Of a stretch of 64,000 nt of DNA, positions 21,142 through 29,658 are shown in pieces. The notes beneath the pieces were generated by a model that had not been told where the DNA came from, ran no database searches, and saw only the letters and a program-made list of their open reading frames with translations. Numbering within the stretch: position 1 is the first letter of the stretch; each line of letters opens with the position of its first letter. This DNA comes from Thermoplasmatota archaeon (lineage in GTDB: Archaea > Thermoplasmatota > Penumbrarchaeia > Penumbrarchaeales > Penumbrarchaeaceae): positions 1-64,000 of the forward strand of contig CBDDUX010000007.1 in assembly GCA_965234725.1 (NCBI GenBank), given 5' to 3'. Position numbers and translations under genes: made by a program.

Positions 21142-21343
21142 CCAGTAAAGGTAGGTCTTAATACCGTTTTCAATTTTTTATGCTGTTTGAATGTTTTAAT
21201 CTTACTTTTAACTGAACGGGGCTATCCTTCTTTTGAAAATATTTCTCCTAGCAATTGGTGCGATAGTAATTATTTGCGAAGAACATATGAGTGGGGGCAC
21301 ATATAAATATTCATTCACATATGTCTGTGATAAATTGATTCAT

Positions 21344-21640
21344 ATGGATGAAGAACAGTTCTTGAAATGTATTGTTGATAATAATCGACGATCGATCTTA
21401 TTTGCTCTCGAAGATGGTGAGAGATGTGTAAACGACATCATTAAGATCACCAAATTAGAACAGACACTTGTTTCATTCCATTTAAAATCGTTAAAGAATT
21501 GTGGTTTGGTTAGAAGTCAACGTCAGGGAAAAAGGATCATATACAGTGTGAGTGACCTTTCAATTATCGATTTACTGAAAAACATAGGAAAAGTTTCGGA
21601 CAAGATCGAAATGGAGTGTAGAGACCATGGGTGTCAATGA
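21344..21640 (+). CDS. arsR: ArsR/SmtB family regulator
   Basis: R.SIL..L..GERCV.DI...EQTLVSFHL..L...GLV...RQGK..IY; C-terminal Cys pair. Confidence 0.9.
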   Translation: MDEEQFLKCIVDNNRRSILFALEDGERCVNDIIKITKLEQTLVSFHLKSLKNCGLVRSQRQGKRIIYSVSDLSIIDLLKNIGKVSDKIEMECRDHGCQ

Positions 21641-22727
21641 AACAAATTCAAAGAATGTTAATCTCAAAACATTCGAAGGAATTGGATTTTTTGAAAAATA
21701 CTTGACTATGTGGGTGATTCTCTGTATGGGTTTAGGAATCTTGATTGGTAGATATCTCCCGATTGTCCCTGAATTTCTGGAAAAATTCGAATATGCTCAT
21801 GTTTCGTTACCCATTGCATTTCTCATTTGGCTTATGATATATCCCATGATGATGAAAGTTGATTTTGCCAGTATCATGAATATCCGTAAGAATCCGAAAG
21901 GACTGTTTATTACTTGGGTGGTAAATTGGTTGATCAAACCTTTTACAATGTTCGCTATTGCATGGTTTTTCTTCTTTGTAGTATTCAAAACCTTGATATC
22001 GCCTGATCTTGCTAAGGATTATCTAGCAGGTGCAATTCTGTTAGGAGCTGCTCCATGCACTGCAATGGTATTCGTATGGAGTCACCTGACAAATGGTAAT
22101 CCAGCATATACAGTAGTCCAGGTAGCCAGTAATGACCTTATTATTCTTGTTGCATTTGTTCCAATCGTGACATTTCTCTTGGGTATTGGCGGGGTTAATA
22201 TTCCCTGGACAACACTTCTTCTTTCGGTTCTCCTCTTTGTTGTAATACCTCTTGCCGGAGGAATGATAACCCGAGTGAATGTAATCAAACGAAAAGGTCA
22301 GGCTTATTTTGATAATCGTTTCATTCCAAAATTCAACAATATTACTATTGTTGGATTATTGCTAACTCTTGTAATCATCTTTTCTTTTCAGGGCGATATA
22401 ATAATAGAAAACCCTCTTCATATTATTCTGATTGGCATTCCGCTATCCATTCAAACATTTCTAATCTTCTTCATAGCTTATCTTGCTAGCTGGAAGCTGA
22501 AATTGAACCATGACATTGCCGCCCCTGCAGGTATGATCGGTGCATCCAATTTTTTCGAACTGGCAGTAGCTGTGGCAATTTCATTATTCGGTTCATCATC
22601 TCCAGTCGTTCTGGCTACTGTCGTTGGTGTCCTAGTTGAAGTTCCAATAATGCTAACCTTGGTTAAGATCGCTAATCGAACTACTCATTGGTTTCCTAAC
22701 ATGAAAACAAATCAAAATTCAATATAG
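21627..22727 (+). CDS. acr3: Acr3 arsenite efflux transporter
   Basis: FFEKYLT.WV, MIYPMM, NWLIKPF, APCTAMVFVW, SNFFELAVAVAI, GVLVEVP. Confidence 0.96.
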   Translation: MGVNETNSKNVNLKTFEGIGFFEKYLTMWVILCMGLGILIGRYLPIVPEFLEKFEYAHVSLPIAFLIWLMIYPMMMKVDFASIMNIRKNPKGLFITWVVNWLIKPFTMFAIAWFFFFVVFKTLISPDLAKDYLAGAILLGAAPCTAMVFVWSHLTNGNPAYTVVQVASNDLIILVAFVPIVTFLLGIGGVNIPWTTLLLSVLLFVVIPLAGGMITRVNVIKRKGQAYFDNRFIPKFNNITIVGLLLTLVIIFSFQGDIIIENPLHIILIGIPLSIQTFLIFFIAYLASWKLKLNHDIAAPAGMIGASNFFELAVAVAISLFGSSSPVVLATVVGVLVEVPIMLTLVKIANRTTHWFPNMKTNQNSI

Positions 22728-22746
22728 GTGATGATTTTTTTTTATT

Positions 22747-23154
22747 TTGAATGACTTGCCCCTTTATAAAGTAAAAGCCCTTTCTAAATGTATGGATGAA
22801 GACTCTGCAGAAAGGCTTAATACAGCATGTAAATGCTTGGATCTTCCCAAACCCTCAAAGGATGATTGGTTGGAGATGGAAGACAAGAAAATTCAAGAAA
22901 TTTCCTCCCTTTTCAAATCATTGTCCGATCCGATCAGAATAAGGATCATCGAGATATTGTCGAAGGATTCACTATATGTCTGTTTAATCCAGCATCTGCT
23001 TGATGAGATTAAATATTCAAAACTGTCGTATCATCTTGATATCTTGAGGAAAGGAGGGGTTGTGGATTCAGAGAAGCAAGGTAATTTCGTTCTATATTTC
23101 CTGACACCTTTGGGAAAGAGGCTATCTTCGGATATTCTTTTAATCAAGAAATAA
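22747..23154 (+). CDS. Second ArsR/SmtB family regulator
   Basis: FKSLSDPIRIRII, LYVC, SKLSYHL..L, GNFVLY; N-terminal CKC; start uncertain. Confidence 0.88.
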   Translation: MNDLPLYKVKALSKCMDEDSAERLNTACKCLDLPKPSKDDWLEMEDKKIQEISSLFKSLSDPIRIRIIEILSKDSLYVCLIQHLLDEIKYSKLSYHLDILRKGGVVDSEKQGNFVLYFLTPLGKRLSSDILLIKK

Positions 23155-23587
23155 CCAGCTTCTCCAAATCTATATCGAGCAAATGAACCAATTCTGAATC
23201 TATCCAATTGGATATTTCATCCCTAGTTTTTCTGAACAGATCGTATTGTTCATCTTTGGAACCTTTAAAGTCAGACGGATCCTGAAATCCCCTGTGGATG
23301 TACTCTATTGCACCAGGAAAGAAAGGACAGCTTTCCTTGGCATTGTCACAGACAGTGATAACGAGGTCAATTTTCTCATCAATGAATTCTTCAACGCTCT
23401 TTGATCTGTGTGAAGTTATATCGATTCCGATCTCCTTCAAACATTTTATTGCCAGAGGGTGGATCGTTGATGGCTGTGTTCCTGCACTGGCCACATCAAC
23501 CCTATCTCCGTATTTCTTTTTCATCAAACCTTCAGCCAATTGCGATCTTGCCGAGTTGTGAGTACAGAGGAATAGTAATTTCTTCAT
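23144..23587 (-). CDS. arsC: Thioredoxin-dependent arsenate reductase (LMWP fold)
   Basis: P-loop CTHNSARSQ, TVCD..ESCP, DP. Confidence 0.94.
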   Translation of the reverse strand: MKKLLFLCTHNSARSQLAEGLMKKKYGDRVDVASAGTQPSTIHPLAIKCLKEIGIDITSHRSKSVEEFIDEKIDLVITVCDNAKESCPFFPGAIEYIHRGFQDPSDFKGSKDEQYDLFRKTRDEISNWIDSELVHLLDIDLEKLVIS

Positions 23588-23654
23588 TTTATTCAACTCC
23601 CGTTCAATTTGTTTCTTGTTAAGGATTTGAAAGATGGTTATAAACATATATTTA

Positions 23655-24065
23655 TCAACTTGTCGTCATCTTCGATATTATCAGATCCCTGGCTTTTCTT
23701 ATATCATCTTCATCAAGAGCTTCATCGATATTCGTGCCTTTGGATCCAGCAACCCACAGGGATCGTTTTTTAATCCCTGCATCTCTGGTTAGAACGATCG
23801 AATTGGTAATATCAGCACCAGTGCTCTCAACGATCTTTTTAGCGCATTCGAGGTCGCAGCCATCCACGGTAACAACACAATTTGCGTTCTTTGTCATCTG
23901 TTCAACAGATTCTAATCCGGTCGGGAGACCGGACAGGCATCCGATGCAGGCCCTGTCCAATCCGACCTCTCGAACTGCATCAATAGAGGCCAAGGATGTA
24001 ATAACACCAACATTGGAGAAACCTCCGAAGCATGCGAACAGAATCGCTCTTTGTTCCTCTTTCAT
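23655..24065 (-). CDS. DGC-domain putative zinc-binding protein
   Basis: AC.G..SNVG, CL, VDGC..ECAKK. Confidence 0.88.
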   Translation of the reverse strand: MKEEQRAILFACFGGFSNVGVITSLASIDAVREVGLDRACIGCLSGLPTGLESVEQMTKNANCVVTVDGCDLECAKKIVESTGADITNSIVLTRDAGIKKRSLWVAGSKGTNIDEALDEDDIRKARDLIISKMTTS

Positions 24066-24101
24066 ATCATCACCCTAGTTTTAGTCGATTTTCTATATTG
24101 A

Positions 24102-25298
24102 TCAAAATATTGCAAATAAATTGCCGTAAATGAAACCGGCAATTGTGGACAGAACTACAACGACAGCGACATAGACACTTGTCCGCTTTATTCCCATCAC
24201 CTTGGTAATGACTATCATATTTGGGAGTGAGAGGGAAGGGCCTGCAAGAAGAAGAGATAAAGCCGCTCCGGATGACATTGCACCAGAGGAATAACCGAAG
24301 ACTTCACCAATAATTGGGACCTCAAGAAGGGTAGGCATGTACAATATTGCACCGATGATAGAGGCTAAGAAGGTAGAAAAGATGGAATTGCTTCCCATCA
24401 AAGGACTTATAACCTCTGGAGGTATGAAATAGGCAAGTATTCCTGTCCCGAATGTCCCAATCACCAGTATGGGAAAGATCTTCAAAGTGAGATCCCAAGT
24501 CTCGCGCCCCCATGTCCTTACTTCTCTTTTTTGGAATTTGAAAATCAGAACAATCCCAATAATGATAGTGAGTAGGTAAGAGATTATAACTCTGGTCAAC
24601 ATCGGCAGATAGCCGGCAGTTAATATTACCAGGATTCCTACCATAAGTGCAAAGAATAGGACCGTCCAGCCAATGTTTCTCTTGTTTTCCTCTTGGAAGA
24701 GCATCAAATCTCCAGTGCTTTTTTCTTCTTTTCTGAACACAAAGGCCATGGTCAATCCGATTACGACCGACATCAGGACTGCAGAAATTGCTCTTGCAAT
24801 ACCAATATCGTATCCTAATGCACTTGCAGTGTAGAATATTGCTAGGACGTTTATTGCAGGACCTGCAAAAAGGAAAGTTGTTGAAGGTCCGATCCCTGCT
24901 CCTCTTTTGTATATGCCGGTGAATAATGGTATTACCGTACATGAACATACCGCTAGTATCACTCCTGAAACGGAGGCGATGCTATAGGAGATGTACTTCT
25001 TTGTCTGGGCACTGAAGTATTTTAGAACCGATCCCTGGGATATGAATGCAGCAATACCACCAGCTATGAAGAATGCTGGAATCAGGCATGTGACAACATG
25101 ATCGCTCAGGTATGATATTAGTGTGGACACACCGGAATCAACGGATCTTTCGAAGATCGGTGGAGAAAGTGATGTGAGTAGACCAATCAGATAGAGAAGA
25201 ACAACTATCAAGGAAGTCACAAATCCGATGGTGATCCATTTATTTTCGATGAGCCATTCCCTTATTGGGCTTGTATATCTGCCAATCGCTTTGACCAT
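24102..25298 (-). CDS. ArsP/DUF318-type permease
   Basis: HV.TCLIPAFFIAG, AVCSCTVIP, GPAIN, TLLEVP, GPSLSLP. Confidence 0.9.
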   Translation of the reverse strand: MVKAIGRYTSPIREWLIENKWITIGFVTSLIVVLLYLIGLLTSLSPPIFERSVDSGVSTLISYLSDHVVTCLIPAFFIAGGIAAFISQGSVLKYFSAQTKKYISYSIASVSGVILAVCSCTVIPLFTGIYKRGAGIGPSTTFLFAGPAINVLAIFYTASALGYDIGIARAISAVLMSVVIGLTMAFVFRKEEKSTGDLMLFQEENKRNIGWTVLFFALMVGILVILTAGYLPMLTRVIISYLLTIIIGIVLIFKFQKREVRTWGRETWDLTLKIFPILVIGTFGTGILAYFIPPEVISPLMGSNSIFSTFLASIIGAILYMPTLLEVPIIGEVFGYSSGAMSSGAALSLLLAGPSLSLPNMIVITKVMGIKRTSVYVAVVVVLSTIAGFIYGNLFAIF

Positions 25299-25309
25299 CT
25301 TGCCGACTC

Positions 25310-25380
25310 CTGTTTCAACATTTTTTGAAACAGTATCTGTCAGAGGGATATATAATTTGTGGTTTCAAAAAGATTTGAAA
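25310..25380 (-). promoter_or_regulatory. Double TTCAA-N6-TTGAA operator flanking a TATA-like box (permease operon)
   Basis: CTGTTTCAA-N6-TTGAAACAG 25310-25333; TTTCAA-N6-TTGAAA 25363-25380; GATATATAA between them. Confidence 0.78.
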
Positions 25381-25723
25381 TGCTGGTTGCGGAACTCTCA
25401 ATAATGATCTCATTTGAAATAAATGAAAAACTATGGATAACTGTCAGCTATTATGGGTGGGGAGAATATTTCGATCCAATATACATAAAGGAATCCAAAT
25501 ATCAACCAGTATTTGGGTAATCCCCAAACCACCAGAAGAGGCAATTCTTTAATATTCTGAAACAAATAATTCATACGACCACAACCTGGGTCCTATGGTG
25601 TTGAGACCAGCAAGATCGAAAGATCTCCTTTCCGATTCTTACCATTATTTCTTATGATAGTATAGATTTAATAATCTCATATAATGTTTAAATAATCATT
25701 TATTATCATTTGACCTTCTCCCA

Positions 25724-25762
25724 AATGAATTTCCGACTTAAACAGCAAATCGGAAATTCATT
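25724..25762. repeat. Perfect 13-bp inverted repeat with 13-nt spacer
   Basis: AATGAATTTCCGA (25724-25736) / TCGGAAATTCATT (25750-25762) in a long intergenic stretch. Confidence 0.85.
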
Positions 25763-25902
25763 GAGTCTTCATTTCTCAGAAAATGGTCCTCACACGGAGT
25801 AAGAACTGCTTCTGATCTGATCAAAAACAGGAAAGGACCTTCCCAAAGATCGGAGGATCTGGGATTAGGAAATGACATATTATGAAAGAAGACCTGCGGT
25901 CC

Positions 25903-26421
25903 TCACTTCATTTCCAACATGTCATTGAACATGTTGCGAACCATCATCTTCTTGAGGACCGGATAATCATCGGTCGCTTTCATCAGGGAGTTCTTCTCGA
26001 TCCTCTTCCTTTCTTTATCCCAATCCTTCATGACATAGGATAACGTAGTCAATATTGGATCCCTTTCAATTTTATCAAAACCTGTGATTATATCCGTCCT
26101 TGTCCTTACGAATTTCACCCTATCTTCTTCGGAAAGGATGGAAATTGTATCCAAGAGTCCCTTCAAAGCAACCTTTCTCTTCTTACTGTCCATGTTCGCG
26201 ATCTTTGACATTCTCTCGTTAAGATCACGATGTATCGAAGAATCGGGTTTGATCGTAACACCCCGTATCTCTTTCAGATCCTCCTTGAAGCTATCAGCTT
26301 TTTCAAAATATTCTCCACAGGTGTTGCATTCGTTGAGGTGAGTGTTTATGGACCTCTGGTCCTTCATGGCACATACCTCACATTCTTTTGCTAATTCATT
26401 TAGATCCTTTAGTGTTGTCAT
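25903..26421 (-). CDS. Hypothetical protein with N-terminal CxxC..HxxxCxxC zinc motif
   Basis: CEVC ... HLNECNTC followed by a helical domain. Confidence 0.65.
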   Translation of the reverse strand: MTTLKDLNELAKECEVCAMKDQRSINTHLNECNTCGEYFEKADSFKEDLKEIRGVTIKPDSSIHRDLNERMSKIANMDSKKRKVALKGLLDTISILSEEDRVKFVRTRTDIITGFDKIERDPILTTLSYVMKDWDKERKRIEKNSLMKATDDYPVLKKMMVRNMFNDMLEMK

Positions 26422-26556
26422 AAAAATACCGTGTACCATTGTAATAACACTGACCATATCCATATGACCCCTAAAAACTAAAATTAATTCAAATGAGCCA
26501 TATTTCTATCTTTTTTTTAATTCATGGAGATTCCAAAGATATGAATGGGCCCTGAA

Positions 26557-27288
26557 TCATTCGGGTCTGGAGAAAGAGAATGATATCAACTTTCTCGGAC
26601 AGGTGTCAACGCACTTCCCACAGAGTATGCATTCCCTGTTATTCATGTTCCCTTGAGATACCATCTTCTCGACCTCCAGGGACATCAGACAGTTATTCGT
26701 GCACTGCTTGCAGTGAATGCATTTCTCCTTCTCCGCCCTCAAATGCAGCGATGGGATCCTGAACTTATCCTTCATGAGGGTCCCGATTATCATGAAGGGT
26801 GACATCCAGCAGATGGTATGGCAGGACCCTCTCCTGCCGATGAGAATAGCCAGACCTCCGATAAAACCTGCTATCAAGATGAATAGAACAACGGATGGAA
26901 TGCTGTTGATGGAGATCCCGTACCAGGTCATGTAGAATGGAGATATCTTCAATATTCCTCCTGCAGATACGAACATCAGTACGATCACCGAAAGCCAAGG
27001 GACCCATATGAAGAACTTGATGTAGTCCCTCCAACCACCTTTGAACCTCCTGTCCCTGATCTTCATACATACTTCCTGTTCCGCCCCTGCCGGGCAGACC
27101 CAGCCACAGAATCCTCTCCCAAGGAAAAGAGAGGAAAAGAACAGAAGTGAGAAAATGAGGAAACTACCTGATATCACTCCCTCCGAGGCTCCCTGGATTA
27201 TCAGATAGGGTGAGAAGTAGTAGTAAGACAAAGGGAACAATACCAGAGATACCATAAGGATGGTGTTCCTCAATCGCTGTCGTTCCAT
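26557..27288 (-). CDS. Membrane 4Fe-4S binding protein (NapH/YccM-like)
   Basis: GRGFCGWVCPAG, CHTICWM, two CxxCxxCxxxC motifs, TM helices. Confidence 0.9.
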   Translation of the reverse strand: MERQRLRNTILMVSLVLFPLSYYYFSPYLIIQGASEGVISGSFLIFSLLFFSSLFLGRGFCGWVCPAGAEQEVCMKIRDRRFKGGWRDYIKFFIWVPWLSVIVLMFVSAGGILKISPFYMTWYGISINSIPSVVLFILIAGFIGGLAILIGRRGSCHTICWMSPFMIIGTLMKDKFRIPSLHLRAEKEKCIHCKQCTNNCLMSLEVEKMVSQGNMNNRECILCGKCVDTCPRKLISFSFSRPE

Positions 27289-27386
27289 GGTCCTTCAGTT
27301 GATCCTGGGATTTATCGATTGTGCTCACATTCACCGGACCCTCCCCCCCTCTCCCCTTTTTACAGTGGGAGAACAAACTGCATAGC

Positions 27387-29657
27387 ATGAAAGGGTGGGT
27401 CCTCGACGCATACGCCGACCATGAGAGGGACCTGATGGACCTCTGGATAGTGGACGGAAGGGGAGGGAGGTCCATGATAGCCCACAAGTTCCACCCAGAG
27501 ATCAAGGTTGCCGGAAGCGAACTGAAGAAACTGGAAACCTACCTCTCCGATATGGAAGGACTGAAGGAGATCATCAGAGAGAATGGATACCTCGATGTCC
27601 AGGACAGGCATCCCAGGGACCATCTCCGTCTCATAATATCCAGATACTCATTGCTTACCGACATCGCCAAGGATATCGAGGCATTCGGGAACTACAAGAA
27701 CTACTCCCTGTACGACGTTGACCTCCGCCTCCCATCCAGATACATGTACGAGCATGGGATCTTCCCCCTGGCCAGTATCCAGATCGCGAACGAATACAGC
27801 CTTCTCAATAACGGTGACTGGGGTGAAAGCCCTCTCCCCCCTCTGAAAGCCGAGGTCCTCCATGTGATACCGGACCAGGACGGTCCTGTTCCGAAGATGA
27901 CAGACGGGATCCGCTCCGTCAGAATAGGTGATACGGTCCTGGAGAACGAGAAGGAGGACCGGATGATCATGGCGGTGGTCGATGAGCTAAAACTGACAGA
28001 CCCGGACATCCTGATCACTTACGGAGGCGATACCTTCGTTCTTCCATACCTCTACGAGAGAGCCGTCAAGAACGACCTCGCCCCCTACCTGAAGCTGGAC
28101 AGATCCAACAGACCATTTCGCGCTCCCATGAAGACCGGAAAGACCTACTTCTCCTACGGGCAGGCAATGTACAAGCCTCCCTTCTATCCCATGAAGGGGA
28201 GGCTGCATCTGGACATGGAGAACTCATTCCTTCTCAGAGAAGGAGGACTCATAGGAGTGGCTCTCCTTTCAAGGATGTCGCTCCTTCCGGTCCAGACGAT
28301 GGCACGTCTTTCCCCCGGTTCCGCTATTTCCTACATGGAGTGCGTTGAAGCAATGAGGAGGGGAAGATCGGTCAGATGGAAGAAGAATGACCCCGAGGGA
28401 TGGAAGACAGCCATAGAACTCTCCAGATCGGACAGGGGCGGCCACATCTTCGATCCTATAGTGGGAGCATACTCGAACGTTATAGAGATGGACTTCTCCT
28501 CTTTCTACCCGCATATCATGTGGAAGAAGAACCTGTCCGTGGAGACCCTGGACTGCGACTGCTGTATCGAAAACGGAAACCGTGTTCCCGGTCTGAACTA
28601 CAGATTCTGCAGAAATGAGGAAGGCCTGATACCATCGGTAGTGGGAGAGATACTGAAAAGGAGAATGGATTACAAATCAGCATTCAAACAGGAAAGACCA
28701 TCCGGACCTTTCATGGAAGAACAAAGACTGGGACCTATCCGACCACCCTCGGGAAAGGACCGCTACTATCATCTCTCCAACACTCTGAAATGGGTCCTGG
28801 TAACTTGCTTCGGATATACAGGGTACAAGAACGCCAGGTTCGGAAGGATAGAGGTCCATGAATCGATAACGGCATACGCAAGGGACCTTCTCCTGAAAGC
28901 GAAGGAGATCGTGGAAGAGAATGGATTCTCCATACTTCATGGAATAGTGGATTCACTCTGGATCACTGGCCCGAGGGACAGGGCCGAAGAAACCGCTTCC
29001 AGGATCGAAAAGGACCTGGAGATACCGATCGGTGTCGATACCGTCTACAAGTGGCTGGTATTCACCCCCAACAAGACCAATGGTGCCGGAGCCCTGAACC
29101 GATATTACGGCCTCAGGGAGGACGGCACCTTCAAGTTCAGGGGAATAGCAACGAGACAGAGGTCCACACCGTCATTCTTGAAAGAAGCATTGACAGAGAT
29201 GATAGAAGCTCTATCCGGAGCAGGGACAGCTTCCGAGGTCCCGGAGCACCTGCCAAAGGCATTCGAGGTCATAAGGAAGAAGGGTGCCATGATCATTGAC
29301 AGAGAGGTTCCTCCAGGTGACCTTGCGATCACCATCAGGCCCTCAAAAGGACTTGAGGATTACACCACAAGGTCAGAACATGTGGCGGCCATGACCCTTC
29401 TCAAAAGGGAAGGGGAGGATATACAGGGAGGGCAGAAGGTCCGCTTCGTGGTCCTGGACCATTCTTCGAACAGACTGGAGAACAGGGTTGCGCTCCTGAA
29501 AGATGACATGTCCGATATAAGATACGATACCAACCGATACCTGGAGCTCTCCTCAAGGTTCATGGCCCAGGCTCTCGCTGTCTTCGGAGTAGATGAGCCC
29601 ATGGTATTGAGGGCCCTCAAGGGTGTGGAGCAAAGAGGATTGAATGATTTCCCTTGA
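27387..29657 (+). CDS. polB2: Family B DNA polymerase, PolB2 group
   Basis: Motif A DFSSFYP, motif B LKWVLVTCFGYTG, motif C altered to HGIVDS (PolB2 signature), degenerate exonuclease motifs, C-terminal QRGLNDF PIP-like; ATG 27387. Confidence 0.93.
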   Translation: MKGWVLDAYADHERDLMDLWIVDGRGGRSMIAHKFHPEIKVAGSELKKLETYLSDMEGLKEIIRENGYLDVQDRHPRDHLRLIISRYSLLTDIAKDIEAFGNYKNYSLYDVDLRLPSRYMYEHGIFPLASIQIANEYSLLNNGDWGESPLPPLKAEVLHVIPDQDGPVPKMTDGIRSVRIGDTVLENEKEDRMIMAVVDELKLTDPDILITYGGDTFVLPYLYERAVKNDLAPYLKLDRSNRPFRAPMKTGKTYFSYGQAMYKPPFYPMKGRLHLDMENSFLLREGGLIGVALLSRMSLLPVQTMARLSPGSAISYMECVEAMRRGRSVRWKKNDPEGWKTAIELSRSDRGGHIFDPIVGAYSNVIEMDFSSFYPHIMWKKNLSVETLDCDCCIENGNRVPGLNYRFCRNEEGLIPSVVGEILKRRMDYKSAFKQERPSGPFMEEQRLGPIRPPSGKDRYYHLSNTLKWVLVTCFGYTGYKNARFGRIEVHESITAYARDLLLKAKEIVEENGFSILHGIVDSLWITGPRDRAEETASRIEKDLEIPIGVDTVYKWLVFTPNKTNGAGALNRYYGLREDGTFKFRGIATRQRSTPSFLKEALTEMIEALSGAGTASEVPEHLPKAFEVIRKKGAMIIDREVPPGDLAITIRPSKGLEDYTTRSEHVAAMTLLKREGEDIQGGQKVRFVVLDHSSNRLENRVALLKDDMSDIRYDTNRYLELSSRFMAQALAVFGVDEPMVLRALKGVEQRGLNDFP

Positions 29658-29658
29658 C

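Larger units (their letters stand above)
15220..26560. other. AT-richer accessory island: arsenic resistance and thiol-redox genes
   Basis: Visibly AT-richer than flanks; ars/trx/ccdA content; lies between the arCOG07300-like gene and polB2; no integrase seen; boundaries approximate. Confidence 0.55.

Noticed and set aside
17467-25298. Selenocysteine or pyrrolysine readthrough in the redox genes
   Set aside because: Active-site motifs use ordinary Cys and the ORFs look full length.
15239-27328. Weak inverted similarity (GTGAGCA...ACTGAA) at the two island ends as terminal repeats
   Set aside because: Short and gapped; no transposase or target-site duplication found.
27387-29657. PolB as a casposon, viral or replicative polymerase, or as a pseudogene
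   Set aside because: HGIVDS and KWVLVTCFGY mark cellular PolB2; the ORF is intact; no Cas1, TIRs or capsid genes.
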